A stretch of 64,000 nt of DNA from Eledone cirrhosa (taxonomy: Eukaryota), in the NCBI GenBank assembly GCA_964016885.1, contig OZ024745.1:30628001-30692000 (forward strand), given 5' to 3'. The translations under genes and the position numbers were made by a program. The notes under the pieces are model-generated. The model was given only the letters and a program-made list of their open reading frames with translations. It did not search any database and was not told where the DNA came from. Shown here in pieces: positions 13,601 to 26,662 of this stretch; the stretch's first letter is position 1; each line of letters begins with the position of its first letter.

Positions 13601-16328
13601 TGACCCGATGCGGTTTTCCCATGTCCACCTGTCAGACAGTTCAAAACGTCTGAGCAGGTTGTTGAGGCTTTTACACCCTCCTCCCCTGTCTACTAACTCC
13701 ACATAATCTCAGCGTGCATCTAAGATACCGTTCCAGTCGCCCACTAACACTAAAGAGCGGGACGTTCCAAGAAAGGTCTCTAGACGGCTACTAGCCTGAA
13801 AGCATTGCCTTCGCTGCCGGTCACGTCCAGTACCACCGACTTACCTTCTGGGTCCAAGAAGATGGCCCGAACGGCGAGATCCAAGCCTCTCCGAAAAAGC
13901 ACAGCTACTCCTCCCCGATCCCGGAGGACTGGGAGATGCGTATACATCGTAGCCGCCGAAGATCGGTGCGAAGCTCGTGCTTCGGAGATTCTGGTCTTGC
14001 TGATGGCCACCACATCTATGTTTAGTGACCTGAGATCGTTGAGCAGGTGACCTTACTTCCAAGATGACCCCAGGCCACGTACATTTATACTGCTTATTCT
14101 AAGTATGGCCATGCTGGATGAGGAAAAGGGGTAAGTGAGAAAGGATCACTTACCTTGATCGTGTGGGGAAGGGACAATAGAACCGTCCCTTCGGATGGTC
14201 ATGGGTGTCTCCAAGATGATATTTGTATAGATTCTCTTGGAGAGTGACCCTCTGAAATCCCCAACTGCGTTGGGGAATTTTTGCTTTAATTGTTTATAAT
14301 CTTCCAGTTTAATTTCAACAATTGTAACGTTTTTGGGTAATGTTCTTGGTGGGGTGTGGTAATTTAAGTCTGAAATATCGGTGTTATGTTTTATATGTTC
14401 CATTAGTCCTTTGTGTGCAATGTTTATGGCTGTGTACTTTTTGGTGGGTGGGGTTGGTTTTGTTGCTGTGCATGTGCTTTGTTGTGTTTGCGATGTTGTT
14501 GTTTGTGGTGATGCTGGTGGTGGTGGTGGTGTGGTTGTTGGTGGTGATACTTGTGGTGGTGATAGTGTTGCTGCAAGTCTCCTTGCAGCCTTTTCCCCCT
14601 CTTTCTGTGCTTTCGGGAGAAGCTGTGGTGTTTTTTTTTTTTTGTTTTTTTTGTTGACAACCGTTTTCCACTCCTCAGCCGCCTCATACTCCATGTCCGA
14701 CTGTGAGAGGTCGGGGAGGGGTATGAGTTCTACCCTCTCATTTGTCTTTGTTGTTGGTGGTGGTGTTGTGGTGGAGCCTGGTCTGCCGTTTTTGGTACAG
14801 GTGCAGCTAGTGGAACTGTTTCTGTTGTTGCAGCAGCCATCGCTGTTTTTATTGTCCGTGCCTTTGGTGTGGGTGCCACGGACGTAGTCTTCCTACTCTC
14901 TGTAGAAGCTCCCGACTTTTTCGCTGACTGCTCTGTTTCTGATGGCAGCGGTTCCGGCGTTGGAAGAAGGGAGACCTTCGCCTTTGTTATATTCTGTGGG
15001 CAGAAGGCCTTGAGGTGAGACTTCAATCCACAGCTGAAGCACTTTGGGCGCCTTCCTTCAACAGATATAGGAAGTTGGAAGCCATTCCCGAGATCTATTA
15101 CATCGTGAATAGCGCTGTTGCAGTCCTGGTCGGTTTGGATGAGCATCTCCATTCCAATACCCGACCAGTTCTCTCTCCCCAACTTCTGTACCTGCAGAAT
15201 GGTTGTTCTATCCTTGATGCCCGCAAGAACAGACACGACCAGCCAAGGCACGGGTATGTATGGTGGGACCTGGGTACCCTGAGCTTTGCAATTTTTTTCC
15301 CACAATAAAACGGGACTAACGTTATGTCATCACTTCGTAGGGTCCTCAGTGGGTGCGATTTTGCTTCCTGTGTGGTAGCAAAAAGGACGTCCACAGTAGC
15401 ATATTTCTTGTCTCGGGTGATGTGGGTTTTCCGTGCCTACACAGTTCCCAAGGCCTTCTGGATTTCGACCTCCGAGGCTCTCTCCACACGACGCAATTTT
15501 GTGGCAATCGTGTGGTACGACCCTGTGCGTCGCTCTTGTTCCTCCAGGAAGTCGGTTGGTGGTTTCAAGGACACTAAAAATTCAGTTCTCTGGTTACCAT
15601 GTGTCTTGCGACCACTATCTCCTCCTCTGTGACCAGGACTGCTTCTACGTTACGAGCCATCTTTGCAAAAGAGATGGTCCCTTTTTCAGTGGCATTATTG
15701 TTGCCGCCGCTACTGCTGCTACTCGTCTTGTTGTTGGTGATGTTGCTGTTGCTACAAATGGTGTTGTTGGTATTGTTGCTGTTATTACTGTTGCAGTTGG
15801 TTGTGTCTTTGGTGCCGCCGTTGTTGTTCTCGGTGCAATTTGTTTTGTTGCTGTTGGTGTTGTCGCTATTTGTTTTCATGTTAGTAGGGCTAATATTCTT
15901 GTTGCATTTTTTCTGTTGTCTATATTTTGGTTGTTAATGTTGTAGTTGGTGTGGTCATTTTTTTCAACATTAGTGTTCTCAGTGTTGTTGTCATTGCTGT
16001 CTTTGTTCACGTTATTTGTGGTGGTGTTTGTTGTATCAATTTCTGTGTTCACCGTAACCCTCCTCTCAACTTTTACGTCGTTGTCACACGACAGCAGACA
16101 TGTCGCTGGGGGGCGTCGCTCAGCCATGTTTTTTTTTTCCGATAATTTTTAAATGTAAAAAGTTCAAATATTTGGACCAAAAGGCCCAAATATTATACTT
16201 TCCCCTTCACAGGGCAAAGTCCAAGGGCTTATATCCCTTACACAACAATAAAAATTAAACAATAAATAATTTATGACAGGTAAATAAAGAGACTTACGAG
16301 AGCGAGCAAAAAGACGTCCGATCAGACC
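10674..16328 (-). mobile_element. Tx1/L1-type LINE copy C, near full-length, degenerate
   Basis: ORF1 pieces 14146-16127 with CCHC knuckle CFSCGLKSHLKAFC; ORF2 pieces 10933-14112 (APE, RT); 5'UTR similar to copy A; flanked by TAA repeats. Confidence 0.93.
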
Positions 16329-16337
16329 AATAATAAT

Positions 16338-16433
16338 TATTTCTACTTTAGGCACAAGGCCAGCAATTACTCAGTGCATTACTGGTACTTTATTTTATCG
16401 ACCCCGTAAGGATGAAAGGCAAAGTTAACCCCG
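16338..16433 (-). mobile_element. SINE fragment (3' part)
   Basis: TTTCTACTTTAGGCACAAGGCC...ATCGACCCCGTAAGGATGAAAGGCAAAGTTAACC, recurs at 20318-20428. Confidence 0.7.
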
Positions 16434-16799
16434 AATAATTATATAATATTGACAACAATAATAAAAAAAGAAGAGGAATCAAGAAAAAACGAATAGGAAA
16501 ATATAGAGAAAAAAGAGAAAAGGAATAAAAGAACGGGAAGGGGAGGGAATGACAAGAACTCTAGTGTCACAGAAGAGAAGGGAGGGGTGATTGGGATTTG
16601 GACCTCAGGGAAGGACTGCAGACAATGGCGAGTGGTACTCGCTGCAACAGCCACCCAACCTTTCATTAAATGTTTTATAGAAATTTAAACTCTCCAAACA
16701 ACAGAACATACACTATACCTTTGGGTATTTCAGGTTTCTTAACTTCAGTGGAAGTAACTATACTCTTTTCTTTGACATCTGGTAATGAAAGATATTGTT

Positions 16800-17230
16800 T
16801 TTGGTTCTTAAATAATATTGAAAATAATCATGAATTTGGAGAGATTTAGTAATATAACTTTGTTAGTATTAAGTTGGTGCTGGAAACAAAGATTCTTACA
16901 TTAAATTATGATGGAAGATTTTTAAGTAAATATACATATTTTTGCGATTTCTCTACCATATCTCTAATGAAAGACACTGTCTATGATTTTTTTGAAAATA
17001 ATAAAAGTTTGAAGATATTTAGTAATATAACAAGTTTACCCATTATTTATTAAGCTCGTGTTTTGAATATAAAATTATGATGGCGTGTTTGGGGGAAAAT
17101 AGAAACACTTTAACCCTTTCACTACCATATTTCTAATAAAAGACATCTTTGGTTTTCAAATAATTTTGAAATAATCAAGGGATTTAGTAATATAACTAAC
17201 TTTCTCGCTATCAAACTGATGTTACGTTAT
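16800..17230. repeat. Three diverged copies of an AT-rich unit of about 175 bp
   Basis: TTGAAA(A)TAAT...ATTTAGTAATATAAC recurs near 16845, 17017 and 17182. Confidence 0.55.
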
Positions 17231-17369
17231 CTTTCACGTCTGGTCCAAACCACCTCTGAGAGTTCCTATTAAAATCTTCCGTCATAATGTTACAAATGAA
17301 CAATATATTAGTGACTAACTACTAAATTCATCCCCTTCTTTGTGGTGACATGTAAAACCTTTCCATCTC

Positions 17370-17735
17370 ACACGATCCAACATTAACGGCCTCAGTTCTT
17401 CACCAGGCAATTCTGTATCTTCCTCAATTACTCTGTAATGTCTTGAGAGGTCTTCCTCGTTTGCATTTCCCATTAGTGGGCTCCCATATCAATTTCGTCA
17501 TCTCTTCTGAGATAACCTGCATGTTGGAGATGCCTGATATGGATGGTATGGTTAATGGGCGGGAAGTTGCCATAGAGATTTGATGTTTCTGTATCCTTCT
17601 TAGCATTCGAGTGTAACAACCATCTTAAGTTTTGGTGATATGTACTGTCACTGACATGATTCACAGGAATTCAGTAAGATTGATTCCATTGTAACTCTGA
17701 ATAATCTAACTTTTGTTTTTGTAGTTATGTTAAAA
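17370..17735 (-). mobile_element. Decayed RTE/RTE-X 3' fragment
   Basis: TKVRLFRVTMESILLNSCES and WEPTNGKCKRGRP motifs typical of RTE C-termini. Confidence 0.65.
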
Positions 17736-18684
17736 ATGGAAAGGGTAATTCTGTTGGGGCGCTTGCCATCTTCACGGTCGAGGCTAGCTAGCTCCAGTTG
17801 TGATGGGAAGCTGACAGCATCGGAGCTTCTCATTATGTCGTTGAGAGCGGCATGTCAGAGGGAACTGGCATGCACTCTGGTAGCATGATAGCAGGTGCAG
17901 GCATTTATATGGCTTACACACGCTGAGATTGAGGTACCGGGCCATTCCAATGTGAGTGAACTGGCCATTAAGAAAGGTAATGGTTGATGAAGTGGGCACC
18001 AAATTAAGCCATGCGCCACTGTTTGGCTGTGGGGTGGAACGGAGGCAGGCGAGATGATGTTTGTCCGTGTCAGACTTGATGTCGTCCCAGTTACATTGGA
18101 CATTTGTATACTGGAGGATGGAGATGCTTCCCTGATCCAGAGTCTGCTCCAGTTCTTGGGTTACATCAGATTCTGCCGACTTCTGAGGACCTCGCTGATG
18201 AGGGTACGACTGGAGGAGATTGAGGAGAGGTAGGCCGGCAGTGCCAGATCTGATGTGGACTGGAGGCTGAGACCACCGAACCTCAATTGAGGCCAGCTCA
18301 TGTATTGCAGCCGAAACATCACCCTGAATTAGTTTGAAGTTGACATTATCACGGGGACGTTTCGTGCAGTCGGAAGTCGGCGCTGGTGAGCAGCATGGAA
18401 AGGCCAAGAGGCTTGTAGGCGAAGGGTTGCAGAAGGAAGTAATATTGCTCTTGAGCCTTGAAGTCAGGGAGGGGCCTGATTCCTCTCCCACCATCAGGAT
18501 CCCGAATGTAAGAGTTGCAAAACTAAATAGTTTGGTCCAACCTTGCAGGTTGACCGAGCCAAGCGCTCGATCAATAGATGACGCTAGCGTTTCGGCTGCG
18601 AGAGTGCAGGCAGCTTTTGCGATCCAGGTGATGACTCTCAGTGACTGTCTGAGGCGGGAGATCGCCACTAGGGGCTCATTTTAA
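17735..18684 (-). mobile_element. Decayed CRE-clade non-LTR element with internal deletion
   Basis: SGAWLNLVP...ARYLNLSVCKPYKC..HLLSC and SFPSQLE..LDREDGKRP match the CRE C-terminal finger/RLE pattern; WTKLFSF and KLIQGDVSAAIHEL match the CRE pre-RT region; RT core not visible. Confidence 0.7.
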
Positions 18685-19110
18685 CTAGGGTTTTGGAGGT
18701 AGAAGCAGAGAATTATAATAAGGGAGAGTGTAGAGGTGATTAGTAGATGTATAGAGGGATAGAAATTGCAAGAAGTAGAAAGATAGTGATGGAGAATAGA
18801 TGGATAGGTGTTTGGAGGGATAGAGAGAGGAGGAATAGATAGGTGTATGGGTTCCATAAAGGGAGAGAACCAAGAGAAAAAATGTATAGACTTAAATTGG
18901 TTAGAATTTGATAGGTGGTATTTATAGTAAAAGAAACATTTATAGTAAAAGAAACATTTATAGTAAACTAGACCACCCGTGACTCATTGGGGCATGTTCA
19001 CTTAAAAATAATGTTTAGATAATTAAAATATACACAGACATGTATATAATGTAAATTGAAACTGGAATACCCATATATATGTGCGTGTATATGTGTGTAT
19101 ACACACTCAC

Positions 19111-19141
<31 letters not shown>

Positions 19142-20016
19142 GCACTACCAGCTATCTCTCTGTTCCATTTTCCTTTTCTCTCTCTCTTTCTCTCTCTGTT
19201 TCTATCTTTCTCTATATACATTTATGAAGGTACCCAGAAAAACCCCGTATCTCGGGAACCCGTGCTTCGATTTACGCGAAACTTGTTTTATTCCATTTAT
19301 ATTGCCATTTCAGGGGCAACTTCTTTTTAAAGTATTTTCCCATCATGCGCCGTTTTGACTGTATTAAATGACAGACAAAACACAATCACAGAGTTTTAGT
19401 AGTATATAGATGAAACAAAAGAAAAAAAAAGATGTTTTTGTTTCGAAAATCAGGTACCTAGATAAATAAATATGTGACCAAAATGAAAGAAAGAGGTAGG
19501 GGGGCAACGGAAGTAAAATATAAAAAAGTGGGGGGGGGGGGGACAAAGAATGAAAGAATTTAGTAAATAAATAAATAAATAAATAATGAAGGAAAGTAAA
19601 TTGTTACAGTGACTGAAAGGCAAAGTCTCTAGGTGCAGATTAAGGATAAGAATAAAATAAAATAGTATTAGGGAGCTTAAACATTGACTTCGTTTGATTT
19701 AGTTGCAATGTCAAAATTCATACTTAAATGTTTTCAAACTAAGAGTAGATAAAGTTACAATCTACTATCGAAATAAACTTTCTTTAAGACGTCTATCTGT
19801 ATCACTTAGAAATAAATCTTTCTTTAACTTTTCAACGATACATCCAGTTTCGAAATAACGTCTGTTCATTAACTTCAATGTTTTCAAAGTGACAGTAAAT
19901 AACGCTACACTCTACTATCAGATAACGTTTCTTTAAGCCATTTGTATCACTTTAAAATAAATGTTTCTTTGATTGGACAACAACGGGTCGTAATCTGTGA
20001 TAGTGTAGATCTTGAT

Positions 20017-20267
20017 CAAAGGTTCTCAAACCCCTCACGGTCACGTAAAACCCTCAGCGCCGCACCCATATTTCCAGAGAGACCTGCCTACACGCAGATT
20101 GTAAATAAAATTGTTAATTTATATATAATAAATGATATAATATCTACTATCTATCGCTTGATATTTGATATACTATTATATCATCCTTACCGCCCCCTAG
20201 GCTCTAGTGCTCCCTGGACCTTCTTAACGCCCCCGGTGGGTGGTAGCGCCCATTTTGAGAACCGCTT
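20017..20267. mobile_element. hAT (Charlie-type) MITE, 251 bp
   Basis: TIRs CAAAGGTTCTCAAA / TTTGAGAACCGCTT; 8-bp TSD ATCTTGAT (20009-20016) / ATCTAGAT (20268-20275). Confidence 0.8.
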
Positions 20268-20317
20268 ATCTAGATGATCTAAGTCTATTTTTGTTTGAGC
20301 GTAGGATCTTAATAATT

Positions 20318-20428
20318 GTTTCTACTTTTAGCACAAGGCCAGCAATTACCAGTGCATTACGGGTACTTTATTTTATCGACTCCGTAAGGATTAAAGGCAA
20401 AGTTAACCTCGGCGGGATCTGAACTGAG
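20318..20428 (-). mobile_element. SINE fragment, same family as 16338-16433
   Basis: Direct similarity; extends to a B-box-like end (CAGTTCAGATCCCGCCGAGG on minus). Confidence 0.7.
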
Positions 20429-21126
20429 ACAGAATCTAATAATAATTACATTTTACATTTAAAAAAATATTATATGTGACTAAAAAAAACATTACAAGAA
20501 ATCCCATATTTACGAACGTACACTATACAATTAACCCCCCCCCCCCCGCTAATAAGAATTTAAGCAAATGTCCCCCCCCCCCCCCATCCCTATTATTTGG
20601 GACCTGAGTGGCGTTACTAATTTTAGTAAATCCCTCAAGATTCTTCATTATCCCTCTTGATATCAACCCAGCCAAACCACCTTTCGTTCTATGAAACAAA
20701 ACCATCCACCCCAAAGGATCTCTATTTAATTAAAAATCTTCCAAAATAAGCATCCATAATGATATGCCATGTCTTTGTAAATTTATATATTCTTCATCTG
20801 TAACTCTTTAAGATTTACTCACACAAACATACACACAATGCATTTCCTATCTCAGTCATGTTGCTGCAATAAGAAGTTTGCTTTCCAACCACAAGTTCCT
20901 GAACATTTATGTAATTATATTGAAGAAATAAATTATTAAAATATCATTCATTATCTTCAATTATTTCCACAACATATAGGGTTTCTCTTATGCAAACCAT
21001 TAATCTATGAAAGCATAAATTTCCCAGTTTCTGTGAGTGTTCATATATCTGGCAAACCTGGTATATATGGCATACCATCCAGGAGTACAAAATACTGCTA
21101 TTGCAGTCATTTTTTATGACATGGGT

Positions 21127-21159
<33 letters not shown>

Positions 21160-21321
21160 ATATAGGATGGTTTTCCAAAAGGAATCGGGAAGAAGCCCCT
21201 GTTACATAAGGTACTCATTCCTGAAGATTTCATATGAATGAAACAATCTCTCTCTCTTTCTCTCTCTATCTATCTATCTATCTATCTGTGTGTGTGTGTC
21301 TATACACACACACACACAAAC

Positions 21322-21482
21322 ACGATGGTCTTCGACAGAGTTTCTGTGAAACAAATTTCCCTCAGAAGGCATTTGTGAATTCGAGGCTAGAATAGAAGAC
21401 ATTTGCCCAAGATATCCCTTAGTGGAACCGAACCTGAGACCATGTGGTTGCAAAGTGAACTCCTTAATCACACAGCCATGCT
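21322..21482 (-). mobile_element. tRNA-derived SINE with (TG)n tail
   Basis: Minus strand: A-box TGGCTGTGTGATT, B-box GGTTCGGTTCC, CTTGGGCAAATGTCTT core, then a TG repeat. Confidence 0.75.
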
Positions 21483-21691
21483 TGTACATATATCTTAAGA
21501 AAATATTATGAAACTTTCAACTTCCCAGTTGAATATAACATACATATACCAAACTTGTCTCTTAACTTCTCGTCTCTGGTATGTCTTGCTGCAGGTCCTA
21601 TTTAATAAATATTACAAAAGAAAATAAAACAGTGGAAATTTTACATACAAATAAGATAAAAAAGCAAACATCTTCTCTAGTGCTAGTGCCC

Positions 21692-21990
21692 AATAAAAAT
21701 GCACCCAGTACACTCTGTAAAGTAGTAGTGCTGGTGCTCCACTAAAATGAACCCAGTACACTCTGTAAAGTAGTAGTGCCGGTGCGCCGATAAAAATGCA
21801 CCCAGTACACTCTGTAAAGTAGTAGGGCTGGTATTCAAATAAAATGCACCCAGTACACTCTGTAAAGTAGTTGTGCTGGTGCTCCAATAAAATGCTCTTA
21901 CTCCACTCCGTAAATTGATAATGTTGGTGCCCTGATAAAACATATCCAGTGGGTGGCATTAGGTAAGCCATCCAGCCATAGAAATCTTGC
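21692..21990 (+). repeat. About 48-bp tandem repeat (4-5 units) running into a SINE-like segment
   Basis: AAAATGCACCCAGTACACTCTGTAAAGTAGT.GTGCTGGTG repeated, followed by GGCATTAGGTAAGCCATCCAGCCATAGAAA, the reverse complement of the motif at 25020 and 26359. Confidence 0.8.
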
Positions 21991-22179
21991 CAAAAATTGA
22001 ACACATAAAATAAGGTTCTCTGGATCTGGTAGACTCAAACCATGATCACCCATTTAGCCTACATTATGATAATGGTGACAACGATGATTGTCATGTTGGT
22101 GATGATGATGATGATGATGATGACAATGGTAATGATGGTGGGAATGAGGATGTATGTCCCAAGTTCCTTTGTTGTTTCA

Positions 22180-22234
<55 letters not shown>

Positions 22235-22237
<3 letters not shown>

Positions 22238-22801
22238 TCATCATCATCATCATCAGAATCATTTTACGTCCACTTTTCCCTACTTGGACGGGTTGGACGG
22301 GTCCTATTCAGCACAGCATCTCTCCACTTGTCACGCTCCTTCGTCATCTCCTCGGTGAATTTCATCGATCTGAGGTCTGCTCTCACCACCTCCGCCCATG
22401 TTTTTCGTGGTCTACCTCTACTGCGTCTTCCTTCTACTGGGATTTCTTGGCACTTCTTTACCTAGCGGTCATCCTCCATGCGCATCACATGTCCATACCA
22501 TCTCAGCCTTCTCTCCTGCACACCACAACTCATCCCTCTTATACTCAGTTTCTTTCTCAACTCGTCCATGCTTGGTCATTCACGCACATTGACATTGCAC
22601 ATCCAATAGAGCATACTTGCTTCATTTCTCTCCAGCCGTCGCATATCCTCTGCAGTTGCTGCCCATGTCTCACTACCATGCAGCATCGCGCATCTCACAC
22701 AAGCATCATATAACCATCCTTTCGTATACAGGGAGAAACCCTTCTTTGTCAACAAAGGAAGCAGCTCCCTAAACTTCTTCCAACCCCTCCTTATTCTAGA
22801 T
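22235..22801 (-). mobile_element. RTE 3' fragment with (TGA)n tail
   Basis: SRIRRGWKKFRELLPLL...YDACVRCAMLHGSETW...RLERNEASML; embedded between TA tracts. Confidence 0.85.
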
Positions 22802-23267
22802 ACATACATATATATATATATATATAAGAAAAATGGAGTGCTGCGTGGTTGCACATGGGTTACATATGAATAAAATTAGTCCTTCATCAGTGATCTTCCA
22901 ACCTTCATTGGTATTTCATCGCTTTAAAAATCATATACCTCTAGTTGGTGCAAGCAACGATGAAATAAAGTTATTGGGACAAGTAAAATGGGGTGAAGCG
23001 AGTGAGACATGTAAACAAACAAAGATGGTATTGTAACGGAAAGATAGGAAGAGACAAGTACATGATATCTATAAGCTTAAGCTTGGTGAATTCATGGACG
23101 AGAGATACAGACCATCCGACATGGGTGAGATGTGAGCGAGAAAAGGATTTCACACAGGTCAAACGGGAGGAAGGGAGAGAGGGGGAGAATCAGAGAATGA
23201 GTGAGTGGAAGTGTGAGGAAGAGGCCAGATGAGAGAGAGAGTGTATCTGGCAGAGATACATACATAT

Positions 23268-23880
23268 ATGGTGGCTGCCAACTTGTTTTCGAGTACGGCC
23301 ACTACTTTATATCCATGTAGGAGAACCCCTACCGATGCACTGAACAAGTCTGACTTTTTAGTCCAGCCACTGACTTGAAAACTCTGGTACAAACACTACA
23401 CTTGTGGCAATTATTGACACATAGTGCTGGGCCCATGGTACCATGTGATGACAAGTGCAGAGAGATCTCCAGATATAAAGCAATGCCTGTGCCGTGAAGC
23501 TTTTATAGTGAGCAAAGGCACTGCACAAAGCCAGTCCCACTCTCTTAACCAAGATGATATTTACCAAAAAGAAGAACAAGTCAACATCATTGGATACCAT
23601 CAGGGTTGCAGGTGTTATATCAGAGTTTTCCTTCTCCTAGAATTCTGCCTTGACAAAGGCTAAGGGGTCATCTCTCCCGGTAATTTTGGATGGCCATTGA
23701 CTCTTAAGAGCTCCTTTGCCCTTTGACAGGCTTTGTTTTTAGTCCTGCAGGATGTCCACAGTCACCCTCCTCACTAAGAAACCTTGGTGGGGTTGCCAGT
23801 TTAGACGCCAATGACCCGGCCATGGGACAGGTTGTACTGGGATACATGTTACCAGTAGCACCAACTGGTGACCTGACATA
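23268..23880 (-). mobile_element. Short non-autonomous RTE derivative (5'UTR-like part joined to a C2H2/3'-terminal part)
   Basis: CTAGGAGAAGGAAAACTCTGAT RTE-5'UTR-like motif; remnant C2H2-finger coding segment; terminal stem-loop related to that at 32271, 53715 and 62188. Confidence 0.7.
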
Positions 23881-23948
23881 ACATATATATATATACATAC
23901 ATACATATATATATACATATATATATACATACATATATACATACATAC

Positions 23949-23981
<33 letters not shown>

Positions 23982-24054
23982 CATACATATATATATACAT
24001 ACATATATATATACATACATATATATATACATACATATATATATATATACATAC

Positions 24055-24490
24055 ATGGTGGTGGCTGCCAACTCGTTTTTGAGTACGGCCACTACTTTAT
24101 ATCCATGTAGGAGAACCCCTACCGATGCGCTGAACGAATGTGACTTTAGTCCAGCCAGCGACTTGAAAACTCTGGTACAAACACTACACCTGTGACAATT
24201 ATTGACACATAGTGCTAGGCCCATGGTACCATGTGACGACAAGTGCAGAGAGATCTCCAGATACAAAGCAATGCCTGTGCCGTGAAGCTTTTATAGTGAG
24301 CAAAGGCACTGCACAAAGCCAGTCCCACTCTCTTAACCAAGATGATATTTACCAAAAAGAAGAACAAGTTAACATCATTGGATACCATCAGAGTTGCAGG
24401 TGTTATATCAGAGTTTTCCTTCTCCTAGAATTCTGCCTTGACAAAGGCTAAGGGGTCATCCCTCCCGGTGATTTTGGATGGCCATTGACT
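24055..24490 (-). mobile_element. Second, 5'-truncated copy of the 23268-23880 element
   Basis: About 430 bp direct repeat of 23268-23702 with scattered substitutions; encodes [19 protein letters not shown]. Confidence 0.85.
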
Positions 24491-24587
24491 TACATACATA
24501 TATACATACATATATACATACATACATATATATATATAGATACATACATATATATACATACATACATATATATACATACATACATAC

Positions 24588-24644
<57 letters not shown>

Positions 24645-24695
24645 CATACATATATATATACATATACATACATATATATACATACATACATCTAT

Positions 24696-24900
24696 CTAGG
24701 GCAGGTAAAATTCCCGAGATCCATGGACAAGTTCTCTCCAGCGGTCTTTGTCCCTCATTATCGCCGCCATGTTCTGCGTCTCCAACGGACCAGTGTCTGT
24801 CCTTAGGGCATCAACATACGTTAACCTTGGTCTTCCCCTTCCAGTGTGTCCATGTAGGGGCTCCCACAGGAGCACTGAGTGCAATGTCAACTCTGTCGGT
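24696..24900 (-). mobile_element. RTE/RTE-X extreme 3' fragment
   Basis: [22 protein letters not shown]...[11 protein letters not shown]. Confidence 0.75.
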
Positions 24901-24940
24901 ATATATACATATATACATATATATATACATACATACATAT

Positions 24941-26240
<1,300 letters not shown>

Positions 26241-26510
26241 ATCATCATCATCATCATCGTTTAACGTCTCTGTTCCACGCTTGCATGGGTTTGGACGGGG
26301 GTTTTCCCACTTGAGGCAAGAGTGGTTGTCATTGCTCGCATAGGACTGTCTGGCGTGTTTTCTACAGCTGGATGCCCTTCCTAACACCAACCACATTTAC
26401 AGTGTGGGGCTGGGAGGTTTTTACCGTGTTGCCTACACGGTCACATTACAGCGTGGACTGTGTGTTTTTTTGTCGTGACACCTACACGATCTCGTTTGTT
26501 TCGGCCTGGA
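26241..26510 (-). mobile_element. SINE-like fragment with the same RTE-type tail
   Basis: (CAT)n CGTTTAACGTC...GGGTTTGGACGG and TTTCTACAGCTGGATGCCCTTCCTAACACCAACC. Confidence 0.7.
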
Positions 26511-26662
26511 CATATATATATATATATACATACATATATATATATATACATACATATATATATACATACATACATATATATATATATACATACATACATA
26601 TATATATATACATACATACATACATATATATATATATATACATACATATATATATATATAAA

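Noticed and set aside
20600-20722. Possible host exon on the minus strand
   Set aside because: Short open frame with no recognisable homology and a weak donor site; cannot be supported.
22870-22900. CTGATGA on the minus strand as a third hammerhead
   Set aside because: No correctly placed GAAA or closing stems found.
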